From assembly GCA_019058445.1 (NCBI GenBank), contig JAHPZA010000002.1:32001-96000 (forward strand): 64,000 nt of DNA, read 5' to 3'. This document shows positions 10,329 to 20,037 of this stretch, piece after piece. Source of the stretch: Promethearchaeota archaeon (GTDB lineage Archaea; Asgardarchaeota; Lokiarchaeia; Sigyniarchaeales; SOKP01). The position numbers and the translations under genes were made by a program. Each line of letters opens with the position of its first letter. Positions within the stretch are counted from its first letter, which is position 1. Under the pieces are notes generated by a model. The model was not told where the DNA came from. It made no database searches and saw nothing but the letters and a program-made list of their open reading frames with translations.

Positions 10329-11255
10329 ATGAGTAAAGATAAAACCAATAAACCTCGACTTTCTTATAAAGATCTTCAAGGGAAAATAGAAGAGTTTAAG
10401 AATAAGAGAGACGATTTAAATAAAAAGACAAAAGAGTATATTAACAATTTACAAGAAATTGAATCTGAAATTAATAATGTTCTAAGAACTGCTCGAGATG
10501 TATATAAGAAGAAACGAGATTATTGGAATAGTAAAGTAAAATTATTAAAGAAAAAAAAGATAGAATATAAAAATATTTTTGATAAGCTGGTTGAGGAAAA
10601 GAAAAGGCTTCAAAAGGGAAGCTCAGGTAGTAATGCATCAAAAAGTTTTGTTTCAATTAAACAAATTGATCGTAAAATCGAAAATTTAGAACGTATTATT
10701 GAGACTGAAAACTTAGATATAGCCGAAGAGAATGAAATCGTTGATAAAATCAAACAATTAGCGGAAAGTAAACAAGAGCAATTAATTGCCCAACAGAATG
10801 ATGGATCTTATAAAATTGAAAGAAAAATCGAAATTGTAAAAATTAACTTAAATAAAATTTACGAGCAATTGAATAAGTGGTCAAATAAGAGTCAAAAAAA
10901 CCATGCAAAAATGCAAGAATTATACCAGAAAGCCAATGAATTAAAAAATAAAAAGAAACAAATGGAAGAGGAACTTATTGAGAATAAAAAAACCGCAGAT
11001 CAATTTCATTTTCAGTACTTAGATGCAATGAGCCAGAAAAAGAAAATGGATAAAGGGAGAAGACCTTATAAGCAAAAAGGAGCTAAATATCCGCCTCGAA
11101 AGCAAAAACCAAGGCATCGAGCGCCAAGCAAAAATAAAGAATTACTTGAAAAAATTAAACAAGATAAACTTGCCACTGCTTTAGAAAAACAAAAAGCGGG
11201 TAAAAAGCTAAATTTATTTGAAGCAAGACTCATCTTAGAACAAAATAAGGGCTAA
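10329..11255 (+). CDS. Archaeal coiled-coil protein (COG1340-like)
   Basis: Long K/E heptads, LDIAEENEIVDKI, C-terminal KAGKKLNLFE. Confidence 0.75.
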   Translation: MSKDKTNKPRLSYKDLQGKIEEFKNKRDDLNKKTKEYINNLQEIESEINNVLRTARDVYKKKRDYWNSKVKLLKKKKIEYKNIFDKLVEEKKRLQKGSSGSNASKSFVSIKQIDRKIENLERIIETENLDIAEENEIVDKIKQLAESKQEQLIAQQNDGSYKIERKIEIVKINLNKIYEQLNKWSNKSQKNHAKMQELYQKANELKNKKKQMEEELIENKKTADQFHFQYLDAMSQKKKMDKGRRPYKQKGAKYPPRKQKPRHRAPSKNKELLEKIKQDKLATALEKQKAGKKLNLFEARLILEQNKG

Positions 11256-11390
11256 AATACCTTGTTTTGATAAAAAAAACTTGTTCTTTAGTATTACATT
11301 AATAAGAGAACTGTATTTTATTAAAAAACCTTTAATGTTAGGATAGATTTTTTTATCTAATTTTCATTAATAAAATGGAAAGGATTAACG

Positions 11391-12719
11391 TTGAGCAAGA
11401 AATTAGCTGAGATTCGTTCGATTTTAGAAGAACATCATGCCATGATTAGTAAAGCAATTCCGCTTATTGCTTCTGAAAATATCACTAGCCCGGCTGTAGA
11501 TGAAGCGTGTATTTGTGATTTTTCGCATCGGTATGCTGAAGGTTGGCCAGGTTCACGAGTATATGCTGGTTGTAAATACATTGATAAGATTGAAGTGTTA
11601 TGTCAAGATTTAATGAAAGAGTATTTTCAGTGTAACTTTGCCGATGTGAGACCTGTATCGGGAGTTATGGCAAATTTAGTATTATATAACGCATTCACCT
11701 CAAGAAACAATGGAAAAATGTGCGCTATGCCAATACCTAAAGGAGGTCATATATCTCATGCTCCCTTTCAAGCATCTTCAGGTCGTTTAATTTATGGCAC
11801 TGCAGGTACCGTTCGAGGTCTTGAGGTCAAGTATCTTGCATTTGATGAAGAAAACATGAATATTGATCCAGACGGTTCCATTAAAATTATTAGGGAATTT
11901 AAACCAGAATTAATCTTATTTGGGGCATCAGTTTTTCTATTTCCACACCCTGTAAAAGAGTTAAGGGAAGTAGCAAACGAAGTTGGGGCTTCAATAGGAT
12001 ATGATGGCGCACATGTAGCTGGTTTAATAGGTTCTGGATATTTTCAAGATCCGCTACGGGAAGGAGCTGATGCGCTGTCTTTGTCATGTCATAAAACCCT
12101 CCCGGGACCTCAGACTGGAGCGGTTATTGCGGATCGAGAGGACTTAATAGAAGATTTAAAAAATGCTGCATTTCCTGCGCTCTTTTCAAATCATCATTTG
12201 CATAATGTAGCCGGATTGGCTGTGGCACTCACTGAAATGCTTGAATTTGGGAAGGATTATCATAAGAATGTCATTGAAAACGCAAAAGCCTTTGCTCAGG
12301 CATTACACGAACGAGGTTTCAAGGTATTATGTGAACATCTTGGATTTACAGAATCTCATCAAGTGGTTGTAGACATCGCAGAATTCGGGAAAACTGTTGG
12401 ATTGGGAGGGGATATCGAAAGAATTTTAGAGGAGGCAAATATAATTATTAACCGAAATCTTTTGCCCTGGGATATAAGAGAAGGTAGGCATTATATGAAT
12501 CCCGGAGGTCTACGCCTCGGTACCTCTGAAGTCACGCGATTAGGCATGGGAAAAAGCGAGATGGGTGATATCGCTGAGTTTTTTAAGAAATTAATAATTG
12601 ATAAACAAAGTCCGGCAAAAGTAAAACCTGAAGTCGCAGAGTTTAGGAAAGAGTTTAACGAAGTGAAGTACTGCTTTCAAACTCCAAATAAAGCTTATGA
12701 ATATCTCAAGCTTTTTTAA
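11391..12719 (+). CDS. glyA: Serine hydroxymethyltransferase
   Basis: LIASEN, YAEG, GGHISH, DGAHVAGLI, HKTLPGP, LRLGT. Confidence 0.97.
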   Translation: MSKKLAEIRSILEEHHAMISKAIPLIASENITSPAVDEACICDFSHRYAEGWPGSRVYAGCKYIDKIEVLCQDLMKEYFQCNFADVRPVSGVMANLVLYNAFTSRNNGKMCAMPIPKGGHISHAPFQASSGRLIYGTAGTVRGLEVKYLAFDEENMNIDPDGSIKIIREFKPELILFGASVFLFPHPVKELREVANEVGASIGYDGAHVAGLIGSGYFQDPLREGADALSLSCHKTLPGPQTGAVIADREDLIEDLKNAAFPALFSNHHLHNVAGLAVALTEMLEFGKDYHKNVIENAKAFAQALHERGFKVLCEHLGFTESHQVVVDIAEFGKTVGLGGDIERILEEANIIINRNLLPWDIREGRHYMNPGGLRLGTSEVTRLGMGKSEMGDIAEFFKKLIIDKQSPAKVKPEVAEFRKEFNEVKYCFQTPNKAYEYLKLF

Positions 12720-12809
12720 TTTCCATTAGGATGTTCTGAAACTTTTAGTAAAACTTATTTTTTAGTGTGTATTTTAGTAAGTATTCATATCATCAGAGTT
12801 TTGAATTTT

Positions 12810-13634
12810 ATGAACATTGAAGTACTTGAAAAAAACGATAATAGACTTGTTTTTGTTGTTAGTGGGATTTCAATAGAAATGGTAAATGCGATTCGAAGGA
12901 TTATTATGACCGAAATTCCCGTAATGGCAGTTGACGAGGTTATAATTTTAAAAAACGATTCCCCTCTTTATGATGAAATAGTTGCACATAGATTGGGATT
13001 GATTCCTTTAAAAACAAATTTAGATAATTACAATTTACCAAGAGACTGTGAGTGTGGTGGTTACGGGTGCGCTCTATGTCAAGTATCCTTAACCTGTGAA
13101 ATCACAAATACCACTAATAAACCAATGGTAATAAATTCGGGTGATTTAAATTCTAATGATCCTGATATTGTACCAGTACATAATGAAATTCCAATTTTGA
13201 AGATAGATAAAAATTCTAAAGTGATTATAGAAGCTTATGCGATTCTTGGGACAGGAAAAGATCATGCAAAGTTTTCAGCTGTGTCTAATTGCGCATATCG
13301 GTTTTATCCTGTCATTGAATTTGATGAGTCGAAAATAACTAAACAAGATGAGCAATCCTTAATTGTAAAATTATGTCCAGAAAAATTATTTGAAATATCG
13401 AATAAAAAGCTCAAATTAAAGGAAGATTATTGGAGAACGTGTACGTTATGCAAATCATGCGAACAAAACTCCGATGGAAAAATCAAGGTGAGTTGGAAGG
13501 ATAATACCTATATTTTTACCATTGAAAGTGATGGAGTGCTTCCTTTTGATGTGTTAATTAAAAAAACCTTTGAAATTTTCTTAAGTAAAATTGCTGAATT
13601 TTCTGAAAAACTAGAAGAGATTGAAATCTCTTAA
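12810..13634 (+). CDS. rpoD: RNA polymerase subunit Rpo3 (D)
   Basis: NAIRRI, LYDEIVAHRLGLIPL, GKDHAKF, FTIESDG. Start taken at ATG 12810. Confidence 0.96.
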   Translation: MNIEVLEKNDNRLVFVVSGISIEMVNAIRRIIMTEIPVMAVDEVIILKNDSPLYDEIVAHRLGLIPLKTNLDNYNLPRDCECGGYGCALCQVSLTCEITNTTNKPMVINSGDLNSNDPDIVPVHNEIPILKIDKNSKVIIEAYAILGTGKDHAKFSAVSNCAYRFYPVIEFDESKITKQDEQSLIVKLCPEKLFEISNKKLKLKEDYWRTCTLCKSCEQNSDGKIKVSWKDNTYIFTIESDGVLPFDVLIKKTFEIFLSKIAEFSEKLEEIEIS

Positions 13635-13681
13635 AAGATTATAAAAAATTTATTAAATTATAGTATATTTAAAGAATTAAA

Positions 13682-14038
13682 ATGTCGCATAAAATTTCCG
13701 GTCCATCTGACTACTATATAAGGAAGCTGATACGAGATTTACATAAAACAAAGAGGAGAATTTGGAAAAAAGTCTCAAAAAAGTTATCAGGTCCAAGGAA
13801 AAACCGAATTGAGGCCAATTTATATCGGATCAATAAGAAAACCAAAAACAACGACGTAATAGTTGTTCCGGGAAAAATCTTAGGAATAGGAGATTTAGAT
13901 CATAAACTAACCATAGCATGCTTGAATTCTTCAAAGTCAGCTCAAAAAAAAATTGAAACTTCTGGAAGCAAATTAATTTCGATTGATGAATTATTAGAAC
14001 AAAACCCTCAGGGGGATAAAGTTAAGATTTTTTATTAG
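13682..14038 (+). CDS. rpl18e: 50S ribosomal protein L18e
   Basis: NLYRIN, VVPGKILG; position after rpoD. Confidence 0.95.
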   Translation: MSHKISGPSDYYIRKLIRDLHKTKRRIWKKVSKKLSGPRKNRIEANLYRINKKTKNNDVIVVPGKILGIGDLDHKLTIACLNSSKSAQKKIETSGSKLISIDELLEQNPQGDKVKIFY

Positions 14039-14072
14039 AAATGAATAAAGTATCAAAAAGAGCGTATTTACT

Positions 14073-14543
14073 ATGTTAGAGTATCAATTATTGGATGCGA
14101 AAAATAAAATCTTAGGTCGCTTTTGCAGCCAAGTTGCTAAAAAAGCGCTTTTAGGGGAACACTTAGTTATCATTAATGCGAAAGATGCCATAATAAGCGG
14201 GGCTAAAAGTAATATTCATGAAAAATATTTAGCGAGACTTAATATCAGTACAGCCACTAATCCAAGAAGAGGACCGTTTTGGCCAAGAAGACCTGATACC
14301 CTAATGAGAGATATTATCAAAAAGATGCTTCCAAGAAAAAAATTAAGAGGCAAGGAAGCTCTAAGGCGAGTTCATATATATATTGAGGATATTCCAGAAC
14401 GTTTTAGACATAGATACAAGAATTTATCTCCAAGTGACATAATGAATGCTGATAAAACGCGTTTGTCTTATTATAACAAATTTATCACACTGGAAAATTT
14501 ATGTCTCAGAATTGGATGGAAAAAAAGAGAAATTGAGGCGTAG
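14073..14543 (+). CDS. rpl13: 50S ribosomal protein L13 (uL13)
   Basis: DAKNKILGR, RGPFWPRRPD, MLPRKKLRGKEAL. Confidence 0.96.
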   Translation: MLEYQLLDAKNKILGRFCSQVAKKALLGEHLVIINAKDAIISGAKSNIHEKYLARLNISTATNPRRGPFWPRRPDTLMRDIIKKMLPRKKLRGKEALRRVHIYIEDIPERFRHRYKNLSPSDIMNADKTRLSYYNKFITLENLCLRIGWKKREIEA

Positions 14544-14547
14544 CTAA

Positions 14548-14964
14548 ATGTCTGAAAAAGTAAAACATGTACAATCATCAGGTAAAAGAAAAACCGCTAT
14601 CGCAAGAGCAGTTTTAAAATACCCTGCGAAAGGTCAAATAAAGATTAATAATGTTCCCTTAGAACTATATGAACCAGAAATAGCAAGATATAGAATCCAG
14701 GAAGTTTTAGAGGTTGGTAAGCATCCAAAATTGGAAAAATGTGATATCAAAATACGGGTATCAGGTGGGGGTACAATGGGACAAACAGACGCAGTAAGAA
14801 TTGCTATTGCTAAAATCATAAATAAATTCATAGGGACAAAGACTATAGAACGAGCTTTTAGAGATTATGATGATCATCTTCTTAGTGGAGATTCAAGAAG
14901 AACTGAGCCTAAAAAGTTTGGAGGCAAAAAAGCTCGAGCAAGACGTCAAAAATCTTTTCGTTAA
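14548..14964 (+). CDS. rps9: 30S ribosomal protein S9 (uS9)
   Basis: GKRKTAIARA, VSGGG, EPKKFGGKKARARRQKSFR. Confidence 0.97.
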   Translation: MSEKVKHVQSSGKRKTAIARAVLKYPAKGQIKINNVPLELYEPEIARYRIQEVLEVGKHPKLEKCDIKIRVSGGGTMGQTDAVRIAIAKIINKFIGTKTIERAFRDYDDHLLSGDSRRTEPKKFGGKKARARRQKSFR

Positions 14965-15021
14965 AGCTTTTTAAAACTAGGCTAATTATCTTATTTTAAA
15001 AATTTTTAAAATTATGAATAT

Positions 15022-16350
15022 TTAAGTTATTATATCGATATTTGCTCCAAGAGAGTTCAAATCGTTAATAAAATTGGGGTATGAATCACTTATAATGTCT
15101 ATGTTATGCATAATTGAGCTATTATTCGAATATAGTGCAGCTATAGCACAAGCCATAGCAATTCTATGGTCATCTTCATGATTTATTGTAGATCCATTCA
15201 AACTGCTATGATATACTGTGATTCCATCTTCATTTTCATCGACTTTAACTCCCATTTTGGCTAGTTCTCTGGCCATAACAGAAATTCTATCAGATTCTTT
15301 AAGTCTTAAATTTGAAGCATTAATGAGTGTTGTTTTCCCCTCAGCAATTGCGCCAACAACACATAATAAAGGGAATAAATCCGGTATTTCATTGCAGTCA
15401 ACCTCTATTCCTTGTAACGGGAGTTTTGAAGTATTACCGTTAATAATAACTTGATTTTGCTGTTCATTGATTTGAATATTTGCCCCCATTTCTTGTAAAA
15501 TTTCAATTATTTTTTTATCTCCTTGCGGATTTAGGGGATTTAAGTTATTAATGGTAACTATAGAATTTTCGGGAGAAATTGCGACAGCTGCTATAATAAT
15601 AGCTGCCGAGGAGTAATCTCCCGGAATCTCATAGACTTGGGACCTATATCTTTGACCACAGGGGATATAATATTTTCCTTTCTTTTCATTATCAAGTTTT
15701 TCCAATATATTTATACCAAATGAAGATAATACATCCAAAGTAACTTTAACATAGGGATAAGAAACTAAGGGAGTTGTAAGCTCAATCTCAATTCCATCAT
15801 CATTTTCACATTCTAAAAGTGTGCTAATAAACAATAGTGCTGTAATGAATTGGGAACTAATATCTCCTGGAATTTTCACTAAATCGCATTCATTACTAAT
15901 CCTTTTAACATGTAGCTGGTCTTTCTCAAGTTTATATTCTGCTCCTAAGTTTTTTAAACTTTCCAATAAGGGACGAATAGGACGATTCCTTTTTAAAAAT
16001 TCTCCCGTAAAAGTCAAACCATCTTTCACTATAAGACTTAAGGCACTAAAAATTCTTAGGGAAGTTCCCGAATTTTTACAGTCTATAATCTCCTTATAAG
16101 AATCAAAAGAATCTCTTTTTTTTTCCACGATATATATATTTTTTGATTCTTTTAAAATCTGTACTCCTAATAGTTTTAAAATTTCAAGAGTTATTCTTAC
16201 ATCTCCAGAAGTTAATGGATTTTTAATAATTGAAACTCCCTCAGCAAGACTAGCAGCTATAAATGCTCTATGAGAATAACTTTTCGAAGGAGAAGCTTTA
16301 ATTTCACCATTTAGAGTTTTTGAGGGAGTTATTTTTATTGTATTCATCAA
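15022..16350 (-). CDS. aroA: EPSP synthase
   Basis: SKSYSHRA, NSGTSLR, SSQFIT, DYSSA, LRLKESDRI, DHRIAMA. Confidence 0.97.
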   Translation of the reverse strand: MMNTIKITPSKTLNGEIKASPSKSYSHRAFIAASLAEGVSIIKNPLTSGDVRITLEILKLLGVQILKESKNIYIVEKKRDSFDSYKEIIDCKNSGTSLRIFSALSLIVKDGLTFTGEFLKRNRPIRPLLESLKNLGAEYKLEKDQLHVKRISNECDLVKIPGDISSQFITALLFISTLLECENDDGIEIELTTPLVSYPYVKVTLDVLSSFGINILEKLDNEKKGKYYIPCGQRYRSQVYEIPGDYSSAAIIIAAVAISPENSIVTINNLNPLNPQGDKKIIEILQEMGANIQINEQQNQVIINGNTSKLPLQGIEVDCNEIPDLFPLLCVVGAIAEGKTTLINASNLRLKESDRISVMARELAKMGVKVDENEDGITVYHSSLNGSTINHEDDHRIAMACAIAALYSNNSSIMHNIDIISDSYPNFINDLNSLGANIDIIT

Positions 16351-16448
16351 ATAAAGAATAGAATGGTAAGGATTTAATATTAATTAACTGATTTTTTTGA
16401 CATTTTTGACGTATAACTTTATTAAAAATAGTACTGTCAAATAATATA

Positions 16449-18209
16449 ATGGTAAAGGGTAAAAACAAAATAAGTAGAAGATCATTTATCCTCATTATAC
16501 CTATTATTTTATTAGGTGTTTTCTCATCCCTTTTACTTATAAATAGAAGTCAAGGGTACTTATATTATGAACGAATCGAATTTGAATATAATAATACAAC
16601 TTTCCATGCAAATTTATATCATCCTTCTAAAGATATTGATTTCCAAGACAAACATCCATTAGTGATTTATATTCATGGATTTAGCAGTCAAAAAGATATG
16701 GATTCGCGTGTTCCTTTAGAACTTACCAAAAGGGGATTCTATGTCGCATGCATTGATATGCCTGGTCATGGAGAAAATGCGAATTCAGACTTGTTAGATA
16801 CTGATGAAGATGGTGAATTCGTAACAACACAAATGTGTTCAAAATTATTAGATAAGATTGAAAATTTACGGGCTTATTCTCAGATTGATGAAGATCAAAT
16901 TGGTTTATTAGGACATTCTTATGGGGGTTATGTTGCTCTTATGAATGGTCTATATGATGATCGTTTCGAAGTTACGATAACATGGGCAGGAGTTGCGGAT
17001 GTAATGAGACCATATAAGGAATATGGAAAATTAGGTTATGAGATTGATAAGGATGATAAAGAATTACTCCACGAAAATAATCCTGTAGAAGTTATGAACA
17101 ATGGTTCGAAACAACCGGAAAATTTATTCTTGATAGTCCATAAGGAAGATAGTGGCCAGTATAAATATAATAAAAGGTTACAAGATCTAACTGATTGTAA
17201 ATGGGAAGCGTTTGATTATCCTGTAAGTGGTACAGGGGAAGCACACCTTCTATTACATAAAAATGTTATAATTAAAACTATAAATTGGTTTGAAAACAAG
17301 TTTTTTGATTCAACATCTAAGAACGGGCCCATTCAACTCTCATCTCAATATAATTTCTATCTAATCATTTTGACATTACTAGCAAGTTTGTTAACGATTT
17401 TTTCGCTAATGATTTATTTTTCAAAATATCTTCTAAAAAACGAGCTGATTAGTATTCGATCCCCCCCCAAAAAGAGTATTTCGACAGAATCCAAAATGCC
17501 GGAAAGTTCAGTTGATTCAGATAAGAAAAAGAATATGATAATTTTTTCTATATCAATTCCTATTTTTATAAGTATATGGATTTTATGTGCTTTTTTATTC
17601 GGAGTTTATGCTTCATGGTTTCTTTTTGCCCCCTGCATTACAATCTTAGTTTATTTTTTATTTTTTAGGAGAATTTTACATAAAAAGGGTCAAGACCGAG
17701 AGAATAAAGGAAGCCTTAAAGATTCTTTTAAATCTGAAATCTCAATGAGATCGGCTGTGTATGGTGCTTTTTGTTCTGCGCTGTTCTTGGGATTTTATTT
17801 TGCTTTTGCACTATTTTACCCTTTTTTGTTGTATTATCCTCATAGTATTCTTGCTGTTATTCTTACGTTAATGTTTTTTCCGGTATATTTATCTACGGAG
17901 ATCTTATACAGAAAAATTTTATACCCTTCATCGCAATTTATAAAATCTAAAAAAATGCGAACGTGCATTATTAGCATTATAACGATATTTATACAGCTTT
18001 TTCTGATGGTTTATTATTTAATGTTTTTACCATTTCCAGTTTCCATTGTTGTTACTATTGCATTTATGTTTTCATCACTAATGAATGGAATTATATATCA
18101 TAAAACGGAAAAAATTGGGCCAACACTTTTAAATACTTTAATAATTATGAGTATATTTGTTGGCGCTTCATGGTCTTTCATTTTAAACATTCTTTCGATG
18201 GTATCTTAA
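16449..18209 (+). CDS. Membrane-bound alpha/beta hydrolase, paralog A (N-terminal anchor, hydrolase domain, multi-TM C-terminus)
   Basis: YIHGF, DMPGHG, GHSYGG, followed by many TM segments. Confidence 0.88.
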   Translation: MVKGKNKISRRSFILIIPIILLGVFSSLLLINRSQGYLYYERIEFEYNNTTFHANLYHPSKDIDFQDKHPLVIYIHGFSSQKDMDSRVPLELTKRGFYVACIDMPGHGENANSDLLDTDEDGEFVTTQMCSKLLDKIENLRAYSQIDEDQIGLLGHSYGGYVALMNGLYDDRFEVTITWAGVADVMRPYKEYGKLGYEIDKDDKELLHENNPVEVMNNGSKQPENLFLIVHKEDSGQYKYNKRLQDLTDCKWEAFDYPVSGTGEAHLLLHKNVIIKTINWFENKFFDSTSKNGPIQLSSQYNFYLIILTLLASLLTIFSLMIYFSKYLLKNELISIRSPPKKSISTESKMPESSVDSDKKKNMIIFSISIPIFISIWILCAFLFGVYASWFLFAPCITILVYFLFFRRILHKKGQDRENKGSLKDSFKSEISMRSAVYGAFCSALFLGFYFAFALFYPFLLYYPHSILAVILTLMFFPVYLSTEILYRKILYPSSQFIKSKKMRTCIISIITIFIQLFLMVYYLMFLPFPVSIVVTIAFMFSSLMNGIIYHKTEKIGPTLLNTLIIMSIFVGASWSFILNILSMVS

Positions 18210-18389
18210 AGGTATATCGAAATCTAAACAAGAGTATAAAAAAAATTTAGAGCTTTATTCCTTTTTTTAATTCAATAGCAATCACATTTAGTTGATTTCT
18301 AATGGAATATTTATATAATAAAATAACAAATTCCTCAACATAAGCGAAAAAAATAAATTTATTATATAGAAACAGTAAAATCGAGAATT

Positions 18390-19790
18390 ATGAATGAAAA
18401 TGTAAATGAACATCATCTTACCAAAAAAACTAAAATAGGATATAGTTTTGGGTATTTAGGAATTGTGCTTGCCAATTGGACGTTTGCGACGTATATTTTC
18501 TTCTTTTACGCTTCTGTGGTTGGTCTAGATCCTATATGGATTGGTGTTGCTCTTGGAATCCTCGGGATTTGGGATATGGTAAATGATCCAATTATGGGAC
18601 ATATCTCAGATAAAACGAAAACGAAGTGGGGAAGAAGACGACCATATTTAATATTTGGAACTGTACCTCTTGTAATATCGTTTATCCTTCTATGGTGGAA
18701 TCCCTTTAGTGATTGGTTTATGATCTTTCTGTATTTTTTAATTATCATGCTAGTTTTTGAATGGATGTTTACCATGGTTAGTCTTTCTCATAGCGCGTTA
18801 TATCCGGAATTGACGTCTGATATAGATGAACGCTTGGAAATTGCAGGTTATTTAGAATTTTTTGACCTGATAGCATTAATACTAGGGTATGTTCTTTCCC
18901 TAATTATAGTAGGAATCTTTCTAGGAATTGGTTTTACCCCTGCAATGGCATGGCTAATGATGTCTGTAATCCTAGGAATTTTTATGGCTATTTCAGTTTT
19001 TATTGCATCAGCTTCAACAAAAGAGCAGGAAATCTTCTATAAAGCAGAAACCTTGCCATTTTTCAAGGCATTAAAAATAACATGGAAAAATAAAGCCTTT
19101 CGAGTAGTTGTATTGGCATGGTTATGCATTTCAATAGCCTATGTCATAATTTCAGCTACGGCTATTTTCTTTACAATTTATATCTTAAGAATGAGTGAGT
19201 TAGAGACTGCTTTATCTTTACTTTCTATTTTCCTTACAGCTATTCCTTGCCTACTGTTATGGTATAAATTAAGTCAGAAATATGGAACGGTAAAAGCAAC
19301 CATGGCAGCTATGTTTATTTTTGGATTTTCTTTGTTCCTTTTATTCTTTGTAATTAATTTAATAATGTTTGTTATAGCAATCGCGATTATAGGAATAGGC
19401 ATCGCGGGAGTGATACTATTACCCCAAACGTTATATGCAGATGTCATAGATGAGGATGAGACGATAACAGGAGTTCGTAGGGAAGGCATGTTTTCGGGAA
19501 TTCGAGCGTTTATTGTGAAAGCCTCCGTGTCTTTCTCGTATGTAACGATGGCAATTGTTCTTCAAGTATCTGGATTTCAATCGGGAGCTAGGACACAAAC
19601 AGAATCGGCTCTTATGGGAATTCGGGTGCTTATCAGCATTGTTCCAGCAGCGTTCTTATTTATTGGAATCCTCATCTACACTCAATATCCGCTGAAAGGA
19701 GATCGCTTAAGAAAGGTAAAGGAAGAAGTACTTCGGATGCACGAAGAGAAAAAAAAAGCGTTTGAACAACAAAAAAAGTTAGGAGTTTAA
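18390..19790 (+). CDS. MFS transporter, GPH (MelB-like) family
   Basis: WDMVNDPIMGHISDKTKTKWGRRRPY, ADVIDEDE...RREG. Confidence 0.92.
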   Translation: MNENVNEHHLTKKTKIGYSFGYLGIVLANWTFATYIFFFYASVVGLDPIWIGVALGILGIWDMVNDPIMGHISDKTKTKWGRRRPYLIFGTVPLVISFILLWWNPFSDWFMIFLYFLIIMLVFEWMFTMVSLSHSALYPELTSDIDERLEIAGYLEFFDLIALILGYVLSLIIVGIFLGIGFTPAMAWLMMSVILGIFMAISVFIASASTKEQEIFYKAETLPFFKALKITWKNKAFRVVVLAWLCISIAYVIISATAIFFTIYILRMSELETALSLLSIFLTAIPCLLLWYKLSQKYGTVKATMAAMFIFGFSLFLLFFVINLIMFVIAIAIIGIGIAGVILLPQTLYADVIDEDETITGVRREGMFSGIRAFIVKASVSFSYVTMAIVLQVSGFQSGARTQTESALMGIRVLISIVPAAFLFIGILIYTQYPLKGDRLRKVKEEVLRMHEEKKKAFEQQKKLGV

Positions 19791-19816
19791 ATTTTTGATT
19801 TTTTGATTTTTTTACT

Positions 19817-19939
19817 TAATTATTGATACACCCTTAACAAGACTAGCAGCTATGAATGCTCTATGAGAGTAGCTTTAGAATGAGAAGCATTAATTTCACC
19901 GTTTAAACTTTTTGCGGGAGTAATTTTAATTGAAGCCAT
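19817..19939 (-). pseudogene. aroA: Frameshifted 5' fragment of aroA (about 41 codons)
   Basis: Aligns by eye to about 16225-16347. Translates MASIKITPAKSLNGEINASHSK, then a 1-nt deletion, then YSHRAFIAASLVKGVSII. Confidence 0.9.
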
Positions 19940-20037
19940 TACGTAAGTAATAGATACATTAAGATTTAATATGAATTAAAGATTTTTATTTACAGAGCAT
20001 AACATTATTATTAAAAATCTTAAAGAGTAATCCTTAA

